DNA of 63,815 nucleotides, counting the filler, from Octopus bimaculoides (Eukaryota), in NCBI RefSeq assembly GCF_001194135.2. It is 10 parts of 9 records of this genome, joined end to end, with 100 filler letters (N's around TTAATTAATTAA, not from the genome) between each part and the next. Parts side by side here need not be neighbours in the genome. Positions count along the whole stretch, not along the records: positions 1 to 8,381 come from NC_068988.1; positions 8,482 to 20,964 come from NC_068995.1; 8 more parts are not named here. One strand, given 5' to 3'. Below are positions 1 through 13,300 of the stretch, in pieces. Every line of letters begins with the position of its first letter. The stretch's first letter is position 1. The notes under the pieces were generated by a model. It saw only the letters and a list, made by a program, of their open reading frames with translations. It did no database searches and was not told the DNA's origin. The position numbers and the translations under genes were made by a program.

Positions 1-41
1 TCACATTCACTCACATGGATGGATGGATAGATGGATTGTGG

Positions 42-240
42 GTGTGTCTTTTTGTCTGTGTTTGTTCCTCGCCACCGCTTGATAACTAATGCTGATTTGT
101 TTCCATCCCCGTAACTTACCTGTTCGTCTATAAGACTGTTTAAAAGAATAAGTCCTGGGATTGATTTTTTTCGACGAAAAGTCATTAAGGAGGCGCCTCA
201 GTATGAACGCACTCAAATGACTGAAACATGTAAAAGATAA
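42..240 (+). mobile_element. SINE family A, 3' half (tail after the internal microsatellite)
   Basis: Matches the tail seen at 8716-8925, 35850-36130, 43757-44160 and 49360-49715 (ccccgtaactta...gaataagtcctggg...caaatgactgaaac). Confidence 0.7.
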
Positions 241-799
241 AATATATAAACACGTATATTTATCTGTCTATCTATCTATCTATTTATCTATCTATCTATA
301 TATATATATATATATACATACATTCATACATACATGCACACACACATGTGAATCTTTTCAGGCATACATACATTCATGCATTAAATTGTCCTGCTAATGT
401 GACTGTCTCTTTGAAAAATCAAAGCAATAGAGGATAGTTGCTTCTAAACCTCCGGTTTCTATTGCCACATTGCAAATTATAAATTTATTATTGCTACATT
501 ATAAATTCACATTTATTCTAATAATAATTGGTGCACTGGGTTTTGTGTGTAAATGCCTAAATGTCAATCTGAATGTTTTGGGGATTTGAGAAGACATCAA
601 CCAACCAACTCGCACGTTACAAATGCAATCTGTGAGTGGAAGAGTAAGTAAAAATATGTTACATTTCTCTCGAGTTGAAAATGTGTCATTTTTTCCATCT
701 ACATTCTAAAGTAAAGCTTTCTATCTTTGTTAGAAAACAGATCCTTTCTCAGAGACAAATTTCAAAAAACTTAAAGATGGAAGAGAACATATATGAATA

Positions 800-1068
800 G
801 ATACATTGATACATACATACATATTTACATATATACACACATCCCTATGTGCATGCATACGTACATATATACGTCCGTACGTACGTATATGCATACGTAC
901 GTACGAACGTATGCATACATACAGACGTCCGTTCATACATACATATATACATACATACATACATACATAAATACATACATACGTATATACATACATACAT
1001 ACATACGTATATACATACATACATACATACGTATATACATACATATATACATACATACATACATACAA
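800..1068. repeat. Compound (TACA)n/(TACG)n microsatellite
   Basis: Direct reading; explains the overlapping low-complexity YIHT/MYVC ORFs. Confidence 0.9.
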
Positions 1069-2466
1069 AGTCACATGGGTCGATATGACAGTCGTGGATA
1101 TTTCGTGGATATGAACAGACGACATAAGCACGATCACAGTCGAGACATTTCCGCCAATACTCAAGTGACTCAAACTTCTGCAAATGGCGTGGAATATATT
1201 TATGATTAAGATTATGTGCAGAGTTGATGCAAATATGAACCAAGGGAAATGATTGAGTGGCTAGTAGCATGTATTTTTACAAGTACACAGACCCATACGG
1301 AGTCGATGAAATAAAGTACCAGTCAAGTACGGCCTCGTTGGAATCGAATCAGCTCTCTTCTCAAAAACATGTAGGACTTTGGGATAAATCAGAAGCCATA
1401 ATTATTATTCGTCATTGATCTGTCGTCACTTTTTACATAGGACGATCTCCAGTCTCTAAAGGCTCAAGAAAATTTCTGCGTTTAAAGCGGAAGATGTTTT
1501 GTTTTTTTTCTTTTTTTCATTTCTCGTTGAGCAATGCAGAACAAGGCATTCTGAACAAGTTCGACATTATTTCCTTTGCGAAATGAGAGGGATATGTGGT
1601 TAGTTTTGACATGTTATGCTTTTCCTCGTAGATTTGTAGACAAAAATAACAGGGAAAATATAAACCCAAACAGCAAACGTAAATGTGTGCATGATGAAAA
1701 GTTGTCATCATGCAAATATTACCAGCAAAATAAACGAAAAAAATACTACGATAAAACGCACTCGAGAATATGTGCATATCCTGAAATATACGAAATATAA
1801 TTTTATAAATGAAAACAGTATTCATACACAAGCTGGATTCCATGTTTATATTTGATTGATTTAACATGGCGAAGCTCGGTAAGACAGATTCTGTCAATAA
1901 ATAGCCACTATTACTTCTAAACAAGTTATTGATAAAAGAAAAATTACGTAAGCATGCACAGCAGGAGACATGCACTTTCCTAGTTCCAACAAAGCAACGA
2001 TATGCGTGTCTTTATCTATAATTCGAAGAAATGCGGAAAAAAAGAATGTAAACAAGCTCAAAAGATTATATACACCACACTTCCTTATGGATTTTAATCA
2101 GAGCACTCGGAGTAACGGATCATGAGACTTAGATTGATGTACATTGATAACAACGTTAACCCTCAACTCACCGTCGAATAATTGTGCAGTGGATTCGGGT
2201 ATCGAGTGCTACGCCATGGAGAATAACATGCAGTCGAATGAGCGTTTAATAGTTAAAAATTTCCTTCTGATCACGGCGACCACATTGAAGAAAAGTTCCA
2301 AATCAGATGTGTAGAAGGAATAGTAATAAGACTGTTGTTGCATAGCAGTCTACCAAGTTGCTATACATGTAGTAGGAAAAAAAGAAACACTTGCGTATTT
2401 TCAGCTTGCATGGACAGCGAATAATGTAACACAACAAAATCGAGTGTACACCTCCAGATGTTGCTA

Positions 2467-3433
2467 TTAGGTGATCCCATAAGTTCTGTCTGATTTTACC
2501 TTTTTTTAAATTGAATGAAATTTAATACTATTTTAGAATGTTTAATTGACTTAAAAAATATTTTTATGCATTTGTATACACTTAAACTAATCAAAACTTA
2601 TTTTACAGAATAATAGAATTAAAATGTATTTGATCAAAACGCTTCCTAACATGGAAGTATCCAAAGAGCATTTGAGGCACATAATGCTTTATGAGTACAA
2701 AAAAGGAAACTCTGCAGCTGAAGCGACTCGAAACATAGACTCAGAGTTGGCAATAAATCCTAGTTCAAACCATACAACTGTTCATCGTCATCTTCAACAA
2801 CTTGGAAAATAGGCGCCTCATGAATTGACCGAAAGCAACCGCGAATCCCGAGTTGTCATCTGCTCTTCTCTCCATTATCGCGAACTCATTTCACCCTTTT
2901 TGGATAGACTTTGACTGGTGACGAAATATGGATCTTCTATCGAAATGTTAAACATTGTAAACAGTGGCTTGATAAAAGGGAAAAAGTTCAACCTCAGCCG
3001 AGAAGGGAACTTCATGGGAAAAAGGTTCTTCTCTGTATCTGGTGGGATTGCAAAGGAGTAATTCACTTTGAATTGTTACCACCTAATGCAACAATCNNNN
3101 NNNNNNAAGAGCTTGGTTGGGAAGAAATTCTTCATTCACCTTATTCTCCCAACCTTGCTCCTTCAGACAATCATTTCTTTCGTAGCTTACAGAATCATTT
3201 GGGGAACATAATTTTCGTAAGCCAGGAGGAGGTCGAAACTGACATTTCAGAGTTCTTCGCTGTGAAACCAAAATAGTTTTACATTGATGGGATTAAAAAG
3301 CTTGTAAATAGATGGAAGGAATTCATAGATAATCAGGGAAAGTACATAAATGATTAAATTTCTATTGAATATAACATTTGTTCACTTGTTGTTTTCATTC
3401 AAAATTTCGTACAGAACTTATGGAATGACCTGA
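2467..3433 (+). mobile_element. Tc1/mariner (mariner-type) transposon, internally deleted and degraded
   Basis: Imperfect ~28-bp TIRs (ttaggtgatcccataagttctgt / acagaacttatggaatgacctga) flanked by TA at 2465-2466 and 3434-3435; transposase motifs TGDE.W, HSPYSPNLAPSDNHFFRSL. Confidence 0.9.
2651..3357 (+). pseudogene. Mariner transposase pseudogene
   Basis: MEVSKEHLRHIMLYEYKKG N-terminus through GKYIND-stop, broken by deletions, stops, frameshifts and a short gap. Confidence 0.85.
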
Positions 3434-3964
3434 TATGTTTCTCAAGATATATCTTGAATCCCTGAAAGGGATAATTTCACATTGAATGCCAGGATATATT
3501 CGCAAGCCAGAAGAATCTTACACAGACAACGACTACGTTTCGTACTTAACAGCGGAAACTGAAAGATAGTCTACCTCTTCATCAGCCTTTAGTATCTCCT
3601 CATCAACTAAAGAAATAGACACATCATAGACATATGTTTCCATTGCACTTTGGCTAGCAAGTACGTGTAAGTTGTCTATTCCTGCTAGTTATGGCGAAAA
3701 TATTTGTGTGGTGGAAGCAGTTGTTGAATTTCAAGACACAACTTTTCGTTCCGGGTAAAAATCTGATCATGAAAATTTGAGAAGGAAGTTTATAGCAAAA
3801 ACGGGATAAGTTGAATTCCGGTAAATATCAATAATAGTGGTGGTAATTTACGAAATACGGCAACCTAGTTATTCTGTTGTATGCTGTCGGTAAGTGCTGG
3901 AGAAAGATGTTGACAGAATATTGAAAGAAGGAGTCTTCCTGGTTTTCTCAAATGCATGTTCCGT

Positions 3965-4215
3965 TGACCCACTTCTAGTTATAACAGCAAGCTAAATATA
4001 TACGCACACACAACTGCCACTCCGTCGGTTACGACGACGAGGGTTCCAGCTGATCCGATAAACAGAACAGACTCCTCGTGAAATTAACGTACTCGTAGCT
4101 AAGTAGTCCGCAGACATGTGTATCCTTGGCGTAGTTCTCAAAGAGATTCAACGTGACGCAGAATGTAACTAGGCTGGCCCTTTGAAATACTGGTGCTACT
4201 CATTTTCCTTCCCCC
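3965..4215 (-). mobile_element. SINE family C, 3' fragment
   Basis: Homologous to 33762-33960 (cactccgtcg.ttacgacg.cgagggttccag...). Confidence 0.7.
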
Positions 4216-4359
4216 AGGTGAGTATTTTGGAGCAACGTAAAATAAAGTGTCATGCCGAAGAAGACGTGTCACCGAGAATTGTAAATACCCTAATCACGAA
4301 GCCACGCGCCTTCTCTCTCTCTCTCTCTCCCTCACACAGATACACACTTTCTCTGTATA

Positions 4360-4394
<35 letters not shown>

Positions 4395-5747
4395 GTGAGA
4401 ATAGGAGAAGGGCGAGAGAAAACAGTGTACAAGAAAAACACGGTGCATAGGAAAAGTTTGAATGAAAAAAATCATATACGTTTCTAGCTTGCGGTCTTCT
4501 ACAGATAGAAGGGACAGGAGAGGAAAACATCGAGAGAGAAAAGAACAAATATATCTGAATTAGACGGTCACCACATAAACATGGAAATGACAATATTTAA
4601 GCCATGCGAAGATAACTGTTTTCAGAGGGTGGATTTTTCTTTCGTTCTTCAACTCAATTCGTGAATCTATATATATTCAAATATATAACAGAAAATGAGA
4701 GATTATTAATCCGGGTAAAATACTTCATAAGTTCTTTCTGGACACACCAGACTAAAACTATTACTTAGATTGTTGAAGAAGTTCTAGTAATCTGTTTGTA
4801 GAGTCCCAACTTATGATTGATCAGAAATCTATATTGTAAATCCGTGGTTGGGTTTCAGATAAACTGGTTTTCACAGAATGATATATAAGAAACAAATTAA
4901 AAATAATGTCCATTGCATATAACTTCTTTATTAAAGCAAATTTGGTTTACAGCTGTTTCCAGTAGTCATTATAGATAGCTCTACTCAATTTGTTTATTAA
5001 TCAATTGAGCTAAATTGAACGACCTAAGAAAATTAACGCAACTTTCGTCGGAGCTATTGCTGGAAGTAACAAGCAGAACACTTGAGGAATGGTTATTCTA
5101 TGGGGAAAATGGGGAAAATTGGGTCGTTTAAGTAGAATAGGTGAAGGCAGATTACAATGGGGTTGTGGCAATTGAGGGTGTGGTACTTAGTAGGAGTAGC
5201 AGTAGAAGTGTAAGTAGAAGGATTAGTAGTTTTAGTAGTAGGAATCTTGTATTGCCAAATTTGGAAGACGGACAGTAACAAACGAGAGCTCATTATTTAC
5301 TCTAATATTACGCCATTTCATTGTTTCGAACATATTGGACTGTTGTATCCATTAAAATACTCTATTTCCCTTCCTCATCACCATCACCATCATCATAATT
5401 GCCATCTTCACATCATTATCATCATACAATTGTATTGGAGGAGGAGACTTGTCTTTGATGAAACAGAGTAGTTCAGGATTTTATTTGGCTTGCCCTGAAT
5501 CACCTTATTTGGTTACGCCACCAAATTTGGGGGAAATCCTTTCTTTTCCTTAGTTTTATACTCAACTGTTTTCCTACATTATATTAGCCATTTATTATTT
5601 ATTATTTATTTATTTTTAGGGTTATTGTTGATCTCACATGTTTAATCGAATGAAATCAGCCTGTGTTTCTTGCTTCATGTTTTATTTTCTATTTCTCCTT
5701 TATGTAATCCTACACATCTTGGGCATTTTCACCAATAAAAGAATCCA

Positions 5748-5751
<4 letters not shown>

Positions 5752-5813
<62 letters not shown>

Positions 5814-5832
5814 GGCGTCGTTATTATTATCA
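5752..5832. repeat. (TTA)n microsatellite
   Basis: Direct reading. Confidence 0.95.
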
Positions 5833-8184
5833 TTGTTCTTGTCATTACCAGCACCAAAAATATAGGATTTTTAAGAATAGCAACCCTTGAACTACATTCT
5901 GCTCCCCCTATATGCTTTACTCCAATCAAAAATATAGCAGAACAATAAAGCACACACATATATATTGTATATACACACCCATATGTGTATGTGTATGTAC
6001 GTATAAGCTTCATACATATACATATACATACGCACACGCACATACACATCTATATACATATATATATATATATATATCGACTATACTTCTTCTTCCCGAA
6101 TTTCTATCTTCCATCAATGCAAGGTAATTTTGTAGAAATTCTTCTCTCATCCATTTCACGTTTCTTGTTATTTCCTAGATTTTTCTTTAATGTATTTCTA
6201 TATTTATTACGAGTTCATTCTATTTGATTCCCTCTTAATAAATATTTCTTTGATGCGTCGCACATCAAGTCATGTTTATTTCCCCTATAATGCTTTTGAT
6301 TTTCCTAACATTCATAGTTCTGCTTTGAGCTGGAAAAAAGAAGAAAAAAATGGATTTTCGAGTTCCACAATGCATAACGTAAATTTTCTATTCTATTGTG
6401 TAGTTAACTTTATTTTTTATTTATTTTGGTGGGGGTTCTTTGGAGTTGTATTCATTTATTCATTTATTTATTTGTAGCTGATATTTGGTAAATCCATTGA
6501 ATGGGACCGTTGATATTGAATAGATATCATAATATGACATTTTCAGTTATTCTGTATTTCTCGTGAATGTATGTATGCTTGCATATTGAGTGAGTTATTT
6601 GCATATACTCTCGCGCACGCCTACACATCTGCACGTTAAGTCACACATGCACACTTTTACATGTACACACACACACATGCATATAAATGTAAACAGGAAA
6701 AAGTAAAGAGAAAAATTGGCTACACGAAATGGCCCGTAGTAATTTACTAGAAATGAATTTTAGCAAATAGCTACTCAGAGTTTCTCATTATTGGTCGATA
6801 AACAATTATATAAAACAGAACATTAAATATGGTAAAGATAACCACAGAGTAAAAAGTTTTAGCATCAGAGCGAGTCCTGGTCGATTGAAATACATTATCA
6901 ATGGAACATTTCTGGTTAACGATCCAACTGTTGCTTACAATATTGTGGAACGCTTCGTTGTTATTGAATAAACATACTGATGATTTATACAAGGCCACGC
7001 ACGGAAGTTTAAACGCATGGAAGTTTAAATGCTCCAATAAGAATATATTTATTTATGTGAAAATTCATATATATATAAAGTATATATGCTGAGGTATTTC
7101 TTCAGTGTAAATCTGAAAAGTAAATAACTCTTCGCATTCGCTGCTTTCACCAACAGTTTCAAGTCAACCAAACACCAAGTTAGAATAAACATCGATGAAA
7201 CAAGTGTTGGAGCAACTATTTGAATGAATAATGCTCTGCACACAACTAAATTAAATGAATGGGCATAGACCAATGCCAGTTAAATTCCCCACTTCCAGGT
7301 TTCTTTTTCAAAGCAGACATCTCTGCAGTGACTTCTCTGAAACTTCCGTTCGAATTGCTTCAGTGAAATATGTTCGTTTAAGTGAGTTTTAATGTAGTTC
7401 TTAGTGAGGGCTGTTAATATGCCAGGAAACAGTATTGCTGTCAGATTAAGTTTTTCCCGTAATTTGAAGCTTTCGATAGGCAATTATATTACGGAGGCAA
7501 TTGTTAAAGGTAATGGAGACACAAAAATGGATAATGACAGTATAGATATTTTTAAATATGGTCGAAATTAAATTGTTTATCTGTGCTCTCTCTTCCTTAT
7601 TCTTTTACGTTTAATAAATATGTATCAATGATATAACAGAAAATTACAAATATTTAAATTTCATTAAATATTCTAATTTCAGTGCAAGTGCGTGCATTTA
7701 GAGTATAAACTCGATTGTACGATATAGTATTTCTTTGACTAACCATTCATCAGGAAATTTATACTCATACACAAAACATTGGGGAGATTATCAGCTGCTT
7801 CTAGTAAACCTATTCCTCTATATAATTTAGATTTACCTACAAACATTACGGCATTCGTATGTAGAAACATGAGTTCAAGTAGGTTGGAAAAGCTGTATTT
7901 AGCTTGTGCGATCCATTGAAATCAAAAATATAATCTCCTTAGATATTTCTAAATGAATAATCATTTATTGATAAACCAGATTAAGGTCCAAATTTGCATA
8001 TTTATCAATTGAACTAACTGGCAAACAAGATATATAAACCATCAAATTATGTGAATCAGTAACATTCCAAAGCGATTCTATTACGTGTGTATCCTTAATT
8101 CCAATATTTTCTGCGAATAATAATAATAAAATGTGTGCCTCATAAGTTTATCCCGTCGTTATATGTATGTAGATTTGATAGGCC

Positions 8185-8290
8185 TGCAGGGGTGACTTCT
8201 AGTCTGGAATGGGCAACCTTACTCGGACTTGTGCCTCGGAGGGGAACTTTCTAGTAGCAATTTTATGGTCATTCACAAACGAAGGGTATA
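8185..8290 (+). mobile_element. SINE family E, 3' fragment
   Basis: Matches 57385-57470 (caacctt.c.cggacttgtgcc...aactttctag...atggtcattca). Confidence 0.6.
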
Positions 8291-8305
8291 TTTGTCCTAT
8301 AACAC

Positions 8306-8381
<76 letters not shown>

Positions 8382-8715
8382 NNNNNNNNNNNNNNNNNNN
8401 NNNNNNNNNNNNNNNNNNNNNNNNNTTAATTAATTAANNNNNNNNNNNNNNNNNNNNNNNNNNNNNNNNNNNNNNNNNNNNTAGATGATACAATATAAAA
8501 TATAAAACATATGTACATAAATATATATGCTTATGAAATCCCATACATAGAAGGGTACAGATTGAAGCGGAGAGATTCATGGGAAATCTGTTGAATACTT
8601 TGAATCTCTATCACTAGTACTATATACACACACACACACGCACATTCACACGCACGCACACACACACACACACACACACAGACACACACACACACACACG
8701 CACACAAACACACGA

Positions 8716-8925
8716 GTCTTTGTGTCTGTTTGTTTCCTTCTCCACCGATTGACAACGATTATTGGTGTGATTACGTCTCCATAACTTAACAGAACGGCAA
8801 AATATACCGATAAAATAAGTATCAGGCTTTAAAATAACTATTGTTGACGATATGTTCGGCTAAAATACTACAGAGCGGTACTCCAGCATGGCGGCAATGA
8901 AATAATTGAAACTAGTAATGGAATA
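8716..8925 (+). mobile_element. SINE family A, 3' half
   Basis: Same tail as 42-240, preceded by a (CA)n tract. Confidence 0.65.
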
Positions 8926-11002
8926 AATGAAAAAAGAATATCTAAATATCCATTGTAAAATAACTGTGCTAACCTGTTGCTTCCACTGCTAGATCACACC
9001 TCTATGTATGGAACAGAACATAAAACATTAAATTAGGTGGTTATCGCAATGTTCATATTTGTTGATTTTACTTTTGTCATATTTCAGTTCTTTGAGAAAG
9101 ATTGATTGATCGAAGAATCAATTGTTTTTTTCGTAAAACAACAGTTTCATTTCACAGTTTCGCTCAGACATTATGGAACACCGTATCCGCAAAAAGTGCA
9201 TTTGTATTCACGAACTAGTATCCTCTTCTGCACTAATAAAAACTAACGCTGATGAGATGAAACTACTGATGTAAATAAAGTTCATACACTACTGCTGGAA
9301 CACAGTTGATATTTGTTAACATTAATGTGTTCTTCCTTGCATATTTTGCGCGTATATTCTTATATTTTGTCCTGCTGACGTATTGTTGACTTAATGATAT
9401 ATTGGTTTTTAATCTTTTAAGAGCATTTTCTTGCCAAGTCTTTATCCGTGTATTCGCTGAAGCATAACTGGGCCATAGCTCTTATTCATATCACTCACGG
9501 ATTTTGGAATTCAACAGCAAATAATTCCCCCATTGAGCTATTCTTTCGGTGGTGTTTCTGTCTTGTGTCAGCCAATGATGTATTCTTCTGACATGCGAAA
9601 CAAATTATTAAAGTGTTTACTGCGAATTTAAATATCATTACAGAGCAAAGGTGGAGGGAGAAAGAGACCATCTGTCTCAATAATCTAGGTTATTTGTTGT
9701 TTGGTCTGCAAATTTATCATGTGCAGAAGTCTCTAGCATTTAGGAGTAGATAACGAAATGAAACGAGTTCTTATAATCCAGCTTCCCTCTCAATGCAGTC
9801 TCTATAAGGCCTTGCATCTCTGATATAGAGTTTTGTTGATTAGCACTGTGAAATAAATGGCTTTGTTCCAACTATTTGATCTGATGTAGTGCTCCTGTTA
9901 CGGTATATGTGTTCCTTTAACTTCCCTATTTATTCACTACCAAGGTCCAAACATTTTCGGATAAAACTATCTGATTTATACCTATTTGCAAAATCCGAAA
10001 GATCGACTTTTCAGTCGTCAAAACTAAAAATGATTGATATTTCATTTTCTGTCTGATAAAAAATATTACCTGAAGAGGGCTTAAAAGAGAATACAACAGC
10101 TTGTATAAAATAACAAAAGCAACATTCGTATAATGTTAGCAAAAAAACACAAAGACTCTTAGTCTAGGCACGTTGTTTTCTGATGTGAAAAACGTTATTT
10201 AACTTCAGGGTCTATTGAAATCTCGATACAAACGAAAAATAAGCGAAACTATTCAATGGTTAAGCTGTTTGCGGGGATGTTTCCGAGAAAACAAAATAAA
10301 ACAGCAGTCTATTTACGGCATAACTATGCAAGCTAAACTACGTATGATACGGGGTTTTCATTCTTAAGTCAACCGAACAGTTAATAATCAGTACGTAGGT
10401 GTGTAGTAGCAAGTTTACTACGCAATTTATCACAAACGCTGTATCATTCATTTTCTAGCTGATAAATATCCCATTAATATCTCAGAATGCTCAATCGACC
10501 TAGAATAATGCAATATAAAGACATATTTGTTTTCAAAATACAATTTGTCCAATTACTAAAGAGTCATCACAACTCCTAGACGTTTAAACAACGCACACTG
10601 GACTTTTTTATGTGATGGTCTGGTCATTAATACACGTCTACTTTATGTTCTTACGTCATGGTTCTCTTCAAAGATGTCATGTTTACGTATTCGCTTATGT
10701 AAAACAAAAGCATTATTTCAATAATGTCAAATATGAATGACTATAAATAATATAGGGAGACGAACTTACAAATTGCTTCGAACGCAAATAACAAGAAAAA
10801 TATTTAATATAAAATAAATGTTTATGTAGCGAGGCAAAATATATCATGCGTAATTCATATTGCTGAACATTTAGGTGCTTTCCAAGCGGTGTATTATAAC
10901 AGTAATTCTACATTAAGTAATTCATGGCAATGCAATTTGATCATGTTTGGAAATAAACGTATAAAACTATAAACAACGAAGTAATAAGCCTTCATATATA
11001 TG

Positions 11003-11104
<102 letters not shown>

Positions 11105-11133
11105 CATATATGTATGACATTTATTTGTAGACA

Positions 11134-11168
<35 letters not shown>

Positions 11169-11184
11169 CTATCTATCTGCCTAG

Positions 11185-11787
11185 GGTGGATATGATTTTC
11201 AAGATCCATGGACGAGTACTGTCCATCGGTCTTTGTCCCTCATCATCACTGCCTTGCCCTGTGTCTCACAGAGACCCATGCCTGTCCTTAGAGCATCAAC
11301 ATAGAGGTCATCCTTGGTCTTCCTCTTCTAGTGTGTCCGTGTAGGGGCTCCGATAGGATCACTGAGTGCAGTATCAACTATGAATGACAGTGAGTATGTC
11401 TACCTAACCTCATTCTCCTCTGTGCTATTTTCGAGTTAACTTTTGGGAGGCTCCCGTAGAGCTCCGAGTTCTTCACCCTCAGTGTATACTGATTAATGTT
11501 CAGAGCCATCCTCAGCATTCTCGTGTAGCACCCATCCACCATCTGAGTGACTTTGTTGGTCAGTGTCCCTGTCTCAGACCCGTACAACAGCAAAGACTCT
11601 ACTGCAGCAAAGAAGAGACGGACCTTCAGGTATTTACGAAGGTCCGACTTCCATACAGATCTCAAACTGTGGTATGCTGCTCAGCCTTTGCTCTTCTTCT
11701 CAACTAAATGACCCTCTGTGTTCCAAGTCTTTGCTCCTAGATACAGGAAGTCCTCAACCAACTCTAGTGGCTTCCCGCCTACATTCA
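11185..11787 (-). mobile_element. RTE-clade LINE, 3' fragment
   Basis: Translation VESLLLYGSETGTL...DGCYTRMLRMALNI...KIAQRRMRL matches the post-RT region typical of RTE elements. Confidence 0.75.
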
Positions 11788-12634
11788 TAATCTCTCTCTC
11801 TCTCTCTNNNNNNNNNNNNNNNNNNNNNNNNNNNNNNNNNNNNNNNNNNNNNNNNNNNNNNNNNNNNNNNNNNNNNNNNNNNNNNNNNNNNNNNNNNNNN
11901 NNNNNNNNNNNNNNNNNNNNNNNNNNNNNNNNNNNNNNNNNNNNATATATATGATTCTTTGTCTGTCTCTCCCCAGTGCATTCTCAAACGGCTCAACCAA
12001 ATCAAATTAAATTTTACGTGGTAATAGTATCAGACCACGTGAGTGTCAACATGTATTCTTTTTCATTTGGATTAAAACAATACAACACTGGCACTGGTTC
12101 GGTATTACATGTCAAAAGTGAAAGAATTATATCACATTGTAATGTGATATAATATTGTTTCATTTTTATTCTTTCACTTTTAGTTCTAATGTGATAAGAC
12201 TATAATATTGTTTCACTTTTAATTGTAATTATATCTTAATCTGAAACTTTCCATGTTTACGGCTATGACAGCGGAATGGTGTTTCAATGTATTTGTGTTG
12301 ACTGACATGAGGAACGGTTGGAGGTGAAACTCTTGACAAAAAAGAATGAGGTGGCAGATCCAAGGTATATAAAAATACACATTTACCGCTCAATTACCAC
12401 TTAATAAGTATCGCAGCAGATGCAAAGATACCATTAAATTAGCAGTTCATACATGTGCTTCTATTTGGTTAATTAGCTTATATTTGGTTAATTTATACTG
12501 CATACAAAAATAAGGACATACTACATACATGCAACGGCTTACAATAATAGAGATCACTGCATAGTTTCTTCTATGTTCATAAGATTTGGTTTACATTACT
12601 GAAAAAAATAAGCTCAGAGAGAAACGGCTTGTAT

Positions 12635-13300
12635 ATAAATATTCTTTTCTACTCTAGGCACAATGCGCAATATTTTGGGGGAGAGGCCAGTCGATTAGAT
12701 CAAGCTCAGTACACAACTGGTACTTAATTTATCGACCCCTAAAGGATGAAAGGCAAAGTCGACTTCGGTGGAGTTTGAACTCAGAACGGAAAGACAGACA
12801 AAATATCACTAAGCATTTCGCCCGGCGTGCTAACGTTTCTTATTTCTTTACTGCCCACAAGGAGTTACACACAGAGGGTACAAACAAGGACAAACAATCG
12901 GATTAAGTCGATTATATCGACCCCAGTGCGTATGGTACTTATTTAATCGACTCCGAAAGGATGAAAGGCAAAGTCGACCTCGGCGGAATTTGAACTCAGA
13001 ACGTAGCGGCAGACGAAATACTGCTAAGCATTTCGCCCGGCGTGCTAACTTTTCTGCCAGCTCGCCGCCTTGACTTCTTTATAAATATTCTTTTCTACTG
13101 TAGGCACAAGGCCCGAAATTTTTGGAGAGATGTCCAGTTGATTAGATCGACTCCAATACGCAACTGGTACTTAATTTATCAACCCCACAAAAAGATGAAA
13201 GCAAAGTCGATCTCGGCGGAATTTGAACTAAGAACGTAACGGCAGACGAAATACCGCTAAAAATTTCGCCCGGCGTGCTAACGTTTCTGCCAGCTCGCCA
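12635..13300 (-). mobile_element. Three head-to-tail SINE family B units with two alternative tails
   Basis: Three copies of the tRNA-like head (ggcgagctggcagaaacgttagcacgccgggcgaaa...gagttcaaattcc) and the gcctttcatcc central domain; tail order X-Y-X. Confidence 0.85.

Noticed and set aside
730-1270. Overlapping YIHT/MYVC/HTHT-type ORFs here and throughout the window
   Set aside because: Translations of di- and tetranucleotide microsatellites, or ORFs running through Ns.
1517-1975. 152-aa hydrophobic minus-strand ORF
   Set aside because: T-rich composition explains the F/I/L content; no family motif or consistent exon structure.
1866-2320. Possible plus-strand mini-gene (ATGGCGAAGCTCG|GTAAGA spliced to about 2190)
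   Set aside because: Good start and donor context, but the joined 45-aa peptide is unrecognisable and such sites arise by chance.
3525-3605. Minus-strand CTGATGA...CGAAACGTAGTC
   Set aside because: Core words present but stems I and II do not pair; at best a dead PLE remnant.
6771-7483. Short ORFs with TM-like ends and a possible plus-strand exon at 7299-7381
   Set aside because: No domain similarity, both strands equally plausible, no linkage to other exons.
8426-8437. TTAATTAATTAA islands inside N runs (also near 21009, 28972, 33544, 39225, 42173, 52054, 55697, 61495)
   Set aside because: Identical 12-mer between gaps with stops in all frames: scaffolding spacer, not biology.
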